From: Torpedo marmorata
Lineage: Eukaryota
Assembly (NCBI GenBank): GCA_977017645.1
Contig: OZ360222.1
Coordinates: 93,558,001-93,622,000, forward strand
DNA: 64,000 bases
Direction: 5' to 3'
The number at the start of each line of letters is the position of its first letter. Within the stretch, counting starts at the first letter, position 1. Of this stretch, positions 23,677 to 36,674 are shown piece by piece. A program made the position numbers and the translations under genes. The notes under the pieces were generated by a model. The model did not search any database and was not told the DNA's origin. It saw only the letters and a program-made list of their open reading frames with translations.

Positions 23677-25083
23677 CAGTGCCCTCCATAATGTTTGGGA
23701 CAAAGACACTTTGTTCCTTTATTTGCCCCTGTGCTTTACAATTTTAAATTTGTAATCAAACAATTCACGTGATTAAAGTGCACATTCTGGTGATGCTCTG
23801 CCAGGCCTCCACTGCAACCATCTTCAGCTCCAGCTTGTTTCGGGGGCTTGTGCCCTTAAGTTTTCTCTTCAACATATGGCATGTTTAATTAGATTTAGAT
23901 CAGGCGACTGACTTGGCCATTCAAGAGTTTTTTCAGTTTTTAGCTTTAAAAAACTCCTTTGTTGCTTTAGCAGTATGTTTGGGATCATTGTCTTGCTGTA
24001 GAATGAAGCGCCATCCACTGAGTTTGGAGGCATTTGCTCGAACTTGAGCAGATAAAATGTTTCTAACACATCAGAATTCATTTTGCTACTGCCATCAGCA
24101 GTCACATCATCAATGAAATTAAGTGTGCCAGTACTTGTGGCAGCCATACATGCCCAGACCATAACACCCCCACCACCATATTTCACAGATGAGGTGGTAT
24201 GCTTTGGATCTTGGGCAGCTCCTTTATGCCTTCAGATTTGCTCTTGCTTTCACTCTGATACAGGTTAATCTTGGTCTCATCTGTCCACAGGACCTTTTTC
24301 CAGAATTCTGCAGACTCTTTTAAATATTTCTTGGCAAATTTTGATCTGGCCATCCTGTTTCTGTGGCTAACTAGTGGTTTGCATCTTGCAGTGTAGCCTC
24401 TGTATTTCTGTTCATGAAGTCTTCTGCGGGCAGTAGTCCTTGACACATCCACACATACCTCCTGAATAGTGTTTCTGATCTATCGGACAGGTGTTTGGGG
24501 ACTTTTCTTCATTATAATGAGAATTCTTCTGTCATCAGCAGTGGAGGTCTTCTTTGGCCTCCCAGTCCCTTTGCGATTACTGAGCTCACCAGTTCGCTCT
24601 TTCTTCTTAATGATTTTCCAAACAGTCGATTTTGGTAATCCTAAGGTTTGGACGATGTCTCTTACTGTTTTATTCTTGTTTTTCAGCCTCATAATGGCTT
24701 CTTCGACTTTCATTTGCACAACTCTGGTCCTCATGTTGAAAAATGGCAACCACAGTCTCCAAAGGTGATCAAAGGCTTAGAAGCAAGTCTAGCTCTCTTA
24801 TACCTGCACCAATGAAGCAATTAAGCATACCTGAGGAATCACAAACACCTGTGAAGCCAAATGTCCCAAACATTATGGTGCCCTGAAATGGGGGGAAATA
24901 TGTATTAAAAGTTCTGTAATTTCTACATGGTCAAACCAAAATAAATACAAATAACCTTGAATAAAATCTGGAATGTGCACTTTAATCACATGTGAATTGT
25001 TTGATTACAAATTTAAAACTGTGGAGCACATGGCCAAGTAAAGTGAAAATGTGTCTTTGTCCCAAATATTATGGAGGGCACTG
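23677..25083 (-). mobile_element. Tc1-family DNA transposon with disrupted transposase
   Basis: TIRs CAGTGCCCTCCATAATGTTTGGGACAAAGACAC and its inverse, TA TSD. ORFs 24480..24749 (HTH, GRPKKT), 24183..24452 (VLWTDETKINL) and 23869..24186 (KYGGGGVMVWACM, WPSQSPDLN). Confidence 0.95.
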
Positions 25084-25418
25084 TAGCTGCTGATATCTTG
25101 TGTTGTATTAAGACCATTGCACCTGTGTCATTCCTTGTAGACATTAGCTTTTGGGTTTTCAAAGACTTAAATGTGAAATTTTCTTCTGTACGTTTAATAG
25201 CTTTTCCAATCAAACCTCTTTGGCACAGTAAATGATTCCAGCCAATAAACCAGACGCATTTCTTCAATTTCCCAACTATAGGGCCTATTTCATTGAATCA
25301 TAAAATGTTCCATACTGAAAAGCTATCTATTTCATCTTGTCCAAATAGTTCCAGCTCTCATTCTGGTTGTTCTTAAATATGAAGGTTTCTGCATCCCTAT
25401 TCTTTCAGCCAATAAATG

Positions 25419-26073
25419 CAGGTGCCTAACCTTTTATCCGAAAACCTTGGGACTGGACACTTTTCGGAATTTGGATTTTTTCAGATTATAGAATTATTTT
25501 AACGGCGGTACTTTTAAATAATTGTGTTGCTTCAGATTCACGCAAAACAAAGACACACTCCAACTCGAAGGGTTTCTGGAGGACGGCGTTGGATGGCGGG
25601 GGGTTGCGGCGGCGCTGGACGGGGGTGTTCTCGGCGGTGCTGCACAGGGTTGTTCGCAGCGGCGCTGGACGGGGGTGTTCGCGGTGGCGCTACACGGGGT
25701 GTTCGTGGCGGTGCTGGGTCGCAGCGGCGCTGGACAGGGGGTTCGTGGCGGTGCTGGGTCGCGGTGGCGCTGGACGGGGGTGTTCGCGGCGGTGCTAGGT
25801 TGAAGCGGCGCTGGACGGGGGGTTCGTGGCAGCGCTGAGCGGGGGTGTTGCAGCGGCGCTGGACGGGGGTGTTCGCGGCGGCGCTGGACAGGGGGGGTGG
25901 TAAATGAAGTGAGATAAAGATAGATCATAAAATTAATAGCGTACATTTTATTTTTAAGTAAAACATACAGTAAAACTTTAAACATTAACTGGATCAAACT
26001 CAGCTAAACACCTGAAAATATACTGGAAAAAATGTTCGGTTTTCAGAATTTCGGATAAAAGGTTAGTCACCTG
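25419..26073. mobile_element. Tigger/pogo-type MITE with internal GC-rich minisatellite
   Basis: TIRs CAGGTGCCTAACCTTTTATCCGAAA / TTTCGGATAAAAGGTTAGTCACCTG. TA on the right, TG on the left. Confidence 0.85.
25600..25895. repeat. GC-rich tandem repeat, unit about 24 nt (gcggcgctggacgggggtgttcgc) with gtgctgggtcgc variants
   Basis: Repeated units are directly visible. Confidence 0.9.
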
Positions 26074-27079
26074 TACTAGATCCCCGCTGCTGTGAGGATA
26101 AAAGAAGAAAAGCCTCAAGTATTTTTTTTTAACCAATTATTGACCTCCAGTTATTGACTTCTCCGCCAGGGTTATTAGGTCCTATCAGGCAGCTCATAAT
26201 ATTATGCACTTCATTTAAATCTTCCCTCAGTTTCCTTTGTAACAATCTAATCAAACCTCTTTTCTTATCTAAAATCTCCCAACCCTGACAATATTCTTAA
26301 ATCTGATATGCATCCTTTCCTCTGCCTTTCCCCCTCTATCCACTATTAATAGCTACAATTCCAGGTATTACAGACAATCTGGAATTACCACTTTTAATAC
26401 TTCCACTTTGCTATTACCTTCATTTCAGATCCTCCTTACAACCCAATTCTGTAATTGTTCATTTTAATTCCTGTATTTGATTCAGCATACATTTATTGCT
26501 TGTAAAATAATTTTGATGTGTTTATTTTGGTATAGGCATTATATAAATACAACTTGATTTCCTATATTGTTCACTCTATTTACTGAATGTAACTTTTAAC
26601 CAAAAAATTCACAGTTGGATGTGCATAATATATCTGAAGAGCTCATACTTTATTCAAGGTGAATAACATGAACGACATAAAAATGCATTATTATTTTGCT
26701 TGACACCTTCATTGAACCAAAACACAATGAATAAATTCTTTTGACTTTCATGTGTCTTGGTTTATCAACGTATGACAGCCTGGATAACTAATGGGAGTGA
26801 AAGCAAGGCTCACTAATCATGTCATAACATTGTAGGTGCAGTAGGTGATTCATTAAGAGAACATTTTTATTCTCTGTGCTGTTTAATATACCCCAACAAA
26901 TGCTCTGAAGATTTATACTGCTATGTACAGTCAATTGTAAATGAGCATGAAGTCAGTCAGTTGTATGACTACCCTCCAGTTTGTGAAATATCTCACAGAG
27001 ACTTATCCAGCATCAGTGATCCTTATCTGCAAAAGATACTTTCAACTATGATTTTCCTGAGGTAACATTTCTGTTGCTG

Positions 27080-27830
27080 TTGCTGCTTTGGAAGCAGGCC
27101 AATGGAGATAAAATGATGGATGAGCCCATGTTTGCCACAGGGAAAGTTGTCAAAAGGATCATCCTCAACCATCTCCTCCCAGTGGCTAAAGGTTTGGCTT
27201 TTACCCATGTTGAGGCAGAAAACACATGATATTCACTGTGTGTCAAATCCAAGAGAAATGGAGGGAGCTGCACCAACCACTGCACACGAAGACTTCTGAT
27301 GTCACAAAATACTTTTACTCCATCCAACTGTGCAGAATTCATATCAAATCTGGCTTCATAATAGTATGCAAGCTGTGACCTTTGTTGATGGACCCAGTCT
27401 GAGGGCAACTCATTATCAAGCAAGGCTGCATTATCAACCAAAACTCATCTCAATCGATATCATTGCATTGTTACATCTCATTATCAACAAGTTTCTCAGT
27501 AACTAATCCAAGGATATCTGAGAAATTCATCAACCCCATCATCTGCATTCCAGAACCAAGATCACTCCAATCTCTGTAAGCAAGCTGCATAGTGAAGATG
27601 ATGCTAGTGTCATCAACTCTTCATTGAAGCCAACAAGAGAATGGGAATTACACTTTATATATTCAAAGCAAAGATTTCCCACTAACTTGCCTCTGTTGTA
27701 CAATACTAGCCTTCAATGATGACAACCTGGAAGATGTGGAGCACTTCTCATATCATGGGGACCACATCTCAGATAAGGCAGACTGGCAATGGAATTCACC
27801 ATTGCCTTTAGTCCGAAAGAACTTGAGACA
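27080..27830 (+). mobile_element. RTE-clade LINE fragments, old
   Basis: Decayed GKV..RIILNHLLPVA, MIFTVCQIQEKWRELHQPLH, EANKRMGITL and LEDVEHFSYHGDHISDKAD. A 3' piece with G.QRK.FKDVL lies at about 29060-29270. Confidence 0.6.
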
Positions 27831-27877
27831 TATCATCAATGCTTTCTCTGCAAAACCCGGCAAATCGAATGGCAAGA

Positions 27878-28820
27878 TAAGTTCAAGTTTATTATCATCA
27901 TCTAATAATAATAAACAGTGTCTCTCCATAACAAGGTGTGCATGCACGCATACACACACACACTAAATTTCTCAAACAGAACTCAATAATCACATAAAAA
28001 TATAATGCATAAATATTATCATGGAATAATTTATGCCATTTCATTTATGAGACCCAAGGTTACAGGAATCCATTTATCAATCTCACAGCCTGCTCCTGTA
28101 CTTCCTTCCTGATGGTAGTAGGTCAAAGATACTGTGCGATGGATGGTAGGTGTCCTCAATAATTTTTTGAGCCCTCTTTAAGCAATGGTCCTGGTGAATG
28201 TCATCAATGGAGGAAAAGGAGACCCCAGTGATCTTCTCGGCTGTTTTGATGATCCTCCATATTGATTTCCGGTCCAATGCTTTGCAGCTACCGTAACACA
28301 CAATGATGCAGCCAGACAGGACACGCTCAATGGTAAAATGTTGTCAAGATGGGGCTAGTAGCCTTGCCCTCCTCAAACTCTTTAGGAATTGTAGGTGCTT
28401 TTGCACCTTCCTGACTAATCAGGTGTAGGCGGTCCAGGATAGGTCATCCGGTATACGCACACCAAGGAACTTTGTGCTCTCAACTCTCTCCATAACAAAG
28501 CCATTAATGTTCAGTGGAAAGTGGTTGACCTTTAACCTCCTGAAATCCAGAATTGCCTCCTTTCTTTTGACCACGTTATTGCACAGGTTGTTATTCTCGC
28601 ACCATTTGCACCTCCTCTCTGTTAGCCAACTCATCATTGTTGCCAATGAGGCCAATAACTGTTGTATCATCCGCAAACTTGATGATTCCATTTGAACAAA
28701 ATCTGGCAGTGCAGTCATAAGTCAGCAGTGTGAACAGCAGGAGGCTGAGCACACAGTCCTGAGATGCACCAGTGCTCAGCATGATGTAACTTGAGGTTTT
28801 GCTGCCAAACTGGACTGACA
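27878..28820 (-). mobile_element. Older Rex1/Babar LINE fragment
   Basis: ORFs 28591..28782 ([25 protein letters not shown]) and 28083..28301 (HPSHSIFDLLPSGRKYRS). Tandem tail near 27880. Confidence 0.85.
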
Positions 28821-30821
28821 GATTTCCTTAGAGACTAAAACTTTATCCACCTTGGTCTTAAACACGAGAGAACTGTGTCTCCATCACATTCTGGAATTCA
28901 GAATTTCAAAGGTTTGCAGCTCCTGAGTAAACAAATGCTCATCTCGTACTGAATGTGCTTCACATGAGATTAATTGCATTTTGAAATGTAACCAATCATG
29001 GCAAACATGGCATCCAGTTTGTGGATATCCTTCTCATGATATTTAAGCAAACCAACATTGAATCCTCTCCCTGACCAAAATACCCATCACCAAGGTTCTG
29101 GTTTCATGAACATGGCTCCGATAGGAAGGTCACCTTTAATAAATTTTCAACACCCAATTTCCAAAAAAGTTATCTACTCCATAATCGGATCCAGTAAAAG
29201 ATGTGCAGGTGAGCAGAGAAAAATTCTTCAAGGATGTCCTCAATGTTTCCTTTAACAAGCATAACATATCCATCAAGTTGTAAGGACCCCCAGCTTCTGA
29301 ACTTTCAAAATGAATAAGGAGTATTTAGGATGGCTCATCACCATTTTTGTCAAGTTCCAGCATTGGTGGCTGGTGGTGTACGAACTCACCATACCCACCT
29401 CCCCATCACCATCAAGCATCACCAGCCCTACTAGTGGGAGAGTCTGAGAGTCCGACAGCAGCCTTATCATCCACAAATTAGCATGGGCGCGTCATCCTCA
29501 ATTCCATGTCACTAGTTAAGTGAGAAACATTATCCACAGTTAAAAATGCATGCATTCTTCCCTTTGAAGATGATGTTAACAATGTTGAAAAAGAAAGCAC
29601 ATCTCCTAATTATGCCATGCCATTTAGTTGCTAAGGATTTACTTGTCCTATCTCCCTGGTCTCCCTGGTGATTATAACTGCAGCATTTAAATTCTGTTGA
29701 GAAGCAGAACTTCTTACATTTAATCATCTCAAGGGCAAGTTAAAGAAATGCAATCTTTGTATACAATACAAGCCAATTACATGCAGGCTGGAATGCAATC
29801 CTAAGGGTAGCAAAATTATTTTGTGTACAACACAGACCAAATCTGATTTATTTTGCTTTACAATACCCTGAAAATAAACATTTATTTTGTGATAGATTGG
29901 CACTAAGTTATGCAGTCATAACTCCCTTTTGCATGCCTGACAATGTGCTGGAATTTTGTTGAGGCTTTCTTTGATGTGGAATTGTTTTCCTTGGAGGAAA
30001 AGAAAGATTGAAAGGGAAATAAGATTCATATACATAAAATTGTGTCTGAGGCATAAAATACACAAATATAAAAATATTGATTTACTTGAACTGTAACACC
30101 AAACTACTGATTTAAAAGTAGGATTCCTCAATCTAAAGGAAAATGTATGGAAATAGATACTTTTAAAGTTTTTTTTCCATCCACTTCAGAAGCTGATTGG
30201 TTCAGAGTTTAGCAGTTGATTTGTTGATCCTGTGTTCTTTCAGTGCTGCATTGAAACTAAAAGATGGATTACTTGTTCAAGAAATGGATTGAGTCCACCA
30301 GTTACTGAAACAAAAATTCCCCATGATCCAAATTAATACTTCACAGAAAAAAAACTATTCCAGCAGCTACTCTGACATATTTCCAACAGCTACCATTCCC
30401 TTCACTCAATTTTTGGATATTGGTGAATTATTTCCATAACTTAAAAAAAGCACTGTAAACCCAAATTTTAATTGAAGGTAGAACATCATTATAAAAATAG
30501 ATTAACTTGTCACTTATCTCCTTTCACATAGCAGGATCTAGATATCCACAAACTGAAGACCATGTTTCCAATGACAGTGTTAACATTTCAATAAACAATT
30601 AATATCATGTGAAGCAGATTTTGCCATCAGTCGACTGAAGAATACAGAACTAAGAAGCATACTCTCAGGATAAAAGTTTTGTCATTCAGTATGAGATGAG
30701 GAGCAAGTTGTTTACTCAGGCACTGCAAACATTTAAAATTCTGAATTCCAGAAGATGATGGATGCATAGTCCTCTCGTGCTTAAGACCAAGGTGGATAAA
30801 GTTTTAGATTCTAAGGAAATC
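28821..30821. repeat. Inverted repeat, arms 28821-29029 and 30541-30821
   Basis: Arms are reverse complements over about 210 nt, with an indel of about 65 nt. Confidence 0.8.
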
Positions 30822-31117
30822 AGGGATACATGGATCATCTTGGCTGAAAATGAAGATCAGCCACAATCTGGGGTTGAGAGGGCTACATAGTCTGCTCCTG
30901 CTCCGAATTTATGTAATCTTCTTGTAATGTTTTGAAGATGGGAAAACACTGCATACATACAAGTTATTGCTTTTGCTTTTGCTGAAGGGTAGGCAAAAAC
31001 ATGTAAGATGTTAATATGATTTTAGGTTGGTACTAAGGAGCAAGTAAACAAAAACAGACAGATGTTAACACCATGACATCAGTGAACATGACAAAAGTAC
31101 ACAGAGACTGCAAGTAT

Positions 31118-32020
31118 TCCATGGGAAAAAAAGGGCAGAAATGAGCAGTCCATGAGTTATAAGTTGGATGATGCTCCTGATTAGACATTTGGGGTCTGAG
31201 AAATAAACCAACCAGCAGAAGTTGGAGGAAGTATATTTTTCCCATTTTGCGAAGGAACTATTCAAACTTCAGGTTCATGGGTATTGTCACGTTATACCGC
31301 TTACAATGAGAAGAGAGCATTTCTTGAGCAGTCCCACAAGTCTGCTCTAACAAAGTAGAAGAGCAAGAGCACAGTGACATTGTGGACAGTGAAAGTATCA
31401 ATTCATAGACAGTAAGGGATGAGATCACTATTGCTAGGGTAATTCGGGAGCCTGACGACTGCAGGAAAGAGCCTGATGACTACAGATAAGAGCAGAATGA
31501 CTGCAGGTTTGCAATCTCGCAGTCTTGAATCTTCTCCTTCATAGAAAGATAAAGAAGACTGAATGGGCAGTGTGGGATGGGTCCTTCAGTGTGTTGGCTA
31601 CCTTTCTAAGTCAGTAGGAAGTGTAGTTTGAGCTGATGGAAGGGAGGGATGCTTGTGTGATGCTCTGTGATGTATTCATCACTTTCTGCAGGCTCTCCCA
31701 AACCATGCTGTGATATATCCAGCTAGGATGCTTCCAGTGGTGCACCTGTTGACAAATGCCAATGGATTCCAATATGTGTTCAGAACCCCTGGAATATCCT
31801 GGGATGAAGTTAAATATGATACCTCACTGGAACTATAATTTTCCATGAGAAACAGCTTTAGCATCAAATACAAATTTTGTCCAAATATACTGTACTCCCT
31901 CCAACTTCTGCGAGTTGGTTTATTTCTCAGACCCCAAATGTCTAATAGACTAATAATCAGGAGCATCATTCAACTTGTAGCTCATGGACTGCTAATTTCT
32001 GCACTTTTTTTTCCCATGGA
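31118..32020. repeat. Inverted repeat, arms 31118-31238 and 31883-32020
   Basis: tccatgggaaaaaaa...ttagacatttggggtctgagaaataaaccaac...agaagttggagg appears in both orientations. Confidence 0.85.
31262..31750 (-). mobile_element. Old Rex1/Babar 3' fragment
   Basis: Reverse strand has RCTTGSILAGYITAWFG and decayed KDPSH motifs. Confidence 0.6.
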
Positions 32021-34504
32021 CGCAGGGGAAGTGATGTGCTCTGAATAATATAGTATTCAGAGTCCAGAGTAGCTGTAGATATTTGATAGTATTTCAAAGG
32101 AACTGGTATTCAATTTTAAATGAGAAATTGTCTGAATTGCAAGCATGTAACAACACCTTCAAACAGTTCTTTTAAAGTATTTTAATACTAATGCAGAATC
32201 CTCATTTTAAGTCCAGCGTTATTTCTAGCATCTGTGTTTTCAAGCAGTAGCTCAAGACCCCAGGTTTCAATTTGTGATTCAGTCAAGGATTAAAGAGATC
32301 AGTATGTGTTTAAAAAGCTGTGTTTTTATCTGTACTTATTATTTGCAACCTATGCTCTCTATTCTTCAACATCATCCCACCTGCTGAAATGCTGTTACAT
32401 CCTACCTATGACTTCTGCCTATCTTAATCATCAGTCCTACGTTGAAGGGTTTTGAATGGCAAGTCATTAAGTCAATCTTCCAGAAATGCCTTTCTGAAAG
32501 CGTGACTTCCTGCTGTCTCTCCACATGCACAACCAGTCTATAAATCTTGGTATACTATAAATACATACAGATCTTGGACCTTAGCATATCAAATGTCAAG
32601 CCTAAGATTTATTGCTGAAAAGAGCAAAGCTGAATACAAGCTTAATTAAGCGAATAAAGATGCCTCAGTTTCACATTAAATTGTTTTTCCACTGAAAAGA
32701 AACAGGCACCATGTTCTGTACATATTTGTCACTGTTGGAGTGGCCAGTGTGTGAGTGGCCCAGTGTAGAGGAGTGGAGAGTTAGAGGCTTTAGCTGGAGA
32801 GGCTTCGTCGAGCAGAGGCTGAGGTGGTCATGAAGGAGTTGAGGTAAGGCAATGACAATCCTGTCGAGGAACAAAAGGATTCAGCAAGGAAGCACAGATA
32901 AGGACAGGTATTACTAACTTATTTTTCCTCTATTTTGTAGACAGTGGAATGGCAGCCAGGGCAGGGACATGCTCCTCTTGCAGAATGTGGATAGTCAGGG
33001 AAGCCAACAGTATCCCTGACGACATCATCTGTGAGAAATGCATCCAGCTGCAGCTTCTTACAAACCAGGTTAGGGAATTGGAACTGGAGTTGGATGAACT
33101 CCGGATCATTCGGGAGGCTGAGGGAGTGATAGACAGGAGTTACAGAGGTGCAATCACAGCAAGGAGGCAGGATGAAGGTAGCTGGATGACAGTCAGGAGA
33201 GGGAAAGGGAAAAGGCAGTTAGTACAGGGTACTCGTGTGGCCGTTCCCCTCAATAACATGCATACCATTTTGGATACTGTCGAGAGGGAAGACATACCAG
33301 GGACAAGCCATGGCGGACAGGTCTCCAGCACAGAGTCTGGCCTTGTGGCAACGAAAGGGAGGGAGGAGAAGAAGTGACCTGAAGTGATAGGGGATTCATA
33401 TGAGGGGAACAGATAAGAAATCGAGAATTCCGAATGGTATGTTGCCTCCCAAGTGCCAGGGTCTGGGATATCTCAGATTGAGTTCATGGCATTCTCAAGA
33501 GTGAGGGTGAGCAGCCAGATTTTGTGGTCTATGTTGGGACCAATGAGGTGGGTAGGAAGGGTGATGAGATCCTGCAAAGAGAGTTCAGGGATTTAGGTGC
33601 AAAGTTGAAGGACAGGACCTCCAGTGATGTGATCTCAGGATTGCTACTCATGCCAAGTGCTGGTGAGGTTAGAAATAGAAGAATAATGCAGCTTAACACG
33701 TGGCTAAAGAGATGGTGCAGGAGAAAAAGCTTCAGATTTCTGGATAATTGGGCTCTCTTCCAGGGAAGGTGAGACCTGTATCGGCAGGACGGTTGCATCT
33801 GAACTGGACAGGGACAAATATCCTTGCGGGTAGGTTTGCTGGTGCTGCTCCGGGGGTTGGGGGGGGGGGGGGTGGTTTAAACTAGATTTGCAGGGGAATG
33901 GGAACCAGAGTGCCAGAGCAGGGAGTGAAGGAGAAAAAAGATGATGTTGACTGCATATAAAAACAGAAATCAAAGAGTTGTGCGTAGTGAAAATAATGTT
34001 CTCAGGTGCATCTATTTCAATGCAAGGAGTATTGTAGGAAAGGCAAGATGAGCTTAGACTATGGATTGACACATGAAATTATGACATTGTGGCCATTAGT
34101 GAAATTTGGTTGCAGGAGGGGCAGGACTGGCAGCTGTTCCAGTGTTCCGTTGTTTCTAACGCAATAGAGCGGGAGGGATGAAGCGGGGGAAGGTGGGGGA
34201 GTGGCATTGCTCAGACAGGACAGAATAGAGAGCTCGTCTACTGAGGCTATATGGGTGGAACTGAGGAATGGGAAAGATATGACCATATTAATGGGTTTAC
34301 ATTATAGTTGTCAGTGAGAATTGGAGGAGAAAATCTGCAGGGAGATAGCAGACAGTTGCAAGAAACAAAGTTGTGATAGCAGGTGATTTTAACTTTCACA
34401 TATTGACTGGGACTCCCAGACTGTAAAAGGGATAGATGGCTTAGAGTTTGTTAAATTGGTTCACGAATGTTTTCTAAATCAATGTATTGAGGTACCAACA
34501 TGTG

Positions 34505-35805
34505 AGTCAAGTCACCCTTATTTGTCGTTCATTGCCATATACACAGTAAGATGAGATAGCGTTTCTCCAGGACCATGGGCAGATGTACATAAATATCATA
34601 ATACAATTAAAAAAACTATAATATGCTAATACACATATATATCTAGAAATTGAGGAGCCTGATGGCTTGGGGAAAAAACTGTTGCACAATCTGAACGTAA
34701 GAGCCCGAGTGCTTCCGTACCTCCTTCCAGATGGCAAAAGGGAAAACAGTTTACCAAAGGGGTGTGATAAGTCCTTCACAATGTTATTAGCCTTCCTCAT
34801 GCATCGTGTGTTGTAAATGTCCGTCATGGTGGAAAAAGAGACTCCAATAATTTTCTCCATTGACCCCACAATCCTCTGCAGGGTCTTTAGGTCCGAGATG
34901 GTACAGTTTCCAAACCAAGCGGTGATGCAATTGCTCAGAATACTCTCAATACATCCCCTGTAGAATGTAGTAAGGATAGGGGGTGGAAGATGAACTTTCC
35001 TCAGCCTTCGCAGGAAGTAAAGACGCTGCTGGGCTTTCTTAACGATGGAACTGGTGTTGAGGGACCAGGTGAGACTCTCCGCCAAGTGCATTCCAAGAAA
35101 CTTGGTACTCTTTACGACCTCAACGGTAGAGCCGTCCATGGTCAATGGAGAATGATCCCCCCGGGCCCTTCTGAAGTCAACAACCAACTCTTTCATTTTA
35201 TTTACATTCAGATGCAGGTTGTTGGCTCCGCACCATTCCATTAGCTACTGCACCTCATCTCTGTATGCTGACTCATCGTTCTTGCTGATAAGGCCCACCA
35301 CGGTCGTATCATCAGCGAACTTGATGATGTGATTCGAGCTGTGTTTTGCTGCACAGTCATGAGTCAGCAGAATGAACAGCAATGGACTAAGCACACAGCC
35401 CTGGGGAGCCCCCGTGCTCAATGTAATGACTGCCTGAGGTCTTCCCGTCAGGAAATCTAGAATCCAATTACAGAGGGTGTTGTTTAGGCCCAGCCCCCTC
35501 AACTTCCCTATCAGGTACTGAGGTATGATCGTGTTGAATGCCGAGCTGAAGTCAATAAACAGCATTCGAACATACGCGTCCTTATTTTCCAGGTAGGTGA
35601 GGGCTAGATGGAGGGTGGTAATGATGGCATCATCTGCAGAGCGGTTTGATCTGTATGCGAACTGCAGGGGGTCCAGTGAGGGGGGCAGCATAAGCTTGAT
35701 GTGCCCCACAACGTGCCTCTTGAAGCACTTCATGACGGTAGATGTGAGTGCGACAGGGCGGTAGTCATTGAGGCAGGACACCGTCAACTTCTTCGGCACA
35801 GGGAT
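34505..35805 (-). mobile_element. Rex1/Babar LINE, 5'-truncated, inserted in CR1
   Basis: ORFs 35245.. and 34507..35241 carry RT motifs [21 protein letters not shown] and KFADDTT. (GACTT)n tail. Confidence 0.93.
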
Positions 35806-36340
35806 ACTGGATCCAGCAATACTGGATCCTCTATTAGGGAACGAGACAGGACAGGTGACACATATATGTGTAGGGGCACACTTTGGGATGATACCAAGAT
35901 TAGATGTGTGGTGGACAGCGATGAAGACTTTCAAAGCTTGCAGAGGGATCTGGACCAGCTGGGAAAATGGGCTGCAAAATGGCAGATGGAATTTAATGCA
36001 GACAAGTGTGAGGTGCTGCATTTTGGAAGGACAAACCAAGGTAGGACATACACGGTAAATGGTTGGGCACTGAGGAGTGCGGTAGAACAGAGGGATCTGG
36101 GAATACAGATTCATAATTCCCTGAAAGTGGCGTCATAGGTAGATAGGGTTGTAAAGAGAGCTTTTGGCACAATGGCCTTCATAAATCAAAGTATTGAGTA
36201 TAGGAGTTGGGATGTTATTGTCAAGTTGAGGCCAAATTTGGATTATTGTGTGCAGGTTTGGTCACGAACTATGGGAAAGATATCAATAAGATTGAAAGGG
36301 TGCAAGGATGATTGCCTTCGCTGTTGACAGGACTTGAGGG

Positions 36341-36674
36341 CAGGGTAGGTCAGAACAAGTCTAATCGGGGGGCATTAGGGTAACCGCGGGGGGGCACAAT
36401 CTGCCGTTCGAAAACTCGCTCAGCAGGGGGGGAGGCGTGGTGGTGGTGCCTACCATGAACTTCCTCCGTGCGCCGCCGCCATCACACTTCCCCCTCCCTC
36501 TGACATAACAGACAAACGCGCTGCTTATATCGCGTGGAGGCTAGTGACGCTAGTGCTGTGGGTGGGGGGCACAATACCTCATTTGGGGGGGCAATGGCCG
36601 CCAGCGGGTGGGGGGTCACAATGCCTCATTTTGGGGGGCAATGCCCGCGAATGCCCCTCTTGGCGCCGGCCCTG
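36341..36674. mobile_element. hAT-type non-autonomous element
   Basis: Perfect 8-bp TSD CTTGAGGG at 36333-36340 and 36675-36682. Ends CAGGG...CCCTG. Reverse-oriented homologue of 6348-6728. Confidence 0.88.

Noticed and set aside
25600-25895. Possible CRISPR-like array
   Set aside because: Units are contiguous and degenerate with no unique spacers, and the context is eukaryotic.
25494-25997. Overlapping Pro/Arg/Gly-rich ORFs
   Set aside because: They arise from the GC-rich tandem repeat inside a MITE and show no protein motif.
35245-36138. 289-aa and 145-aa ORFs that look like novel fusion proteins
   Set aside because: They are read-through across the junction of oppositely oriented Rex1 and CR1 fragments.
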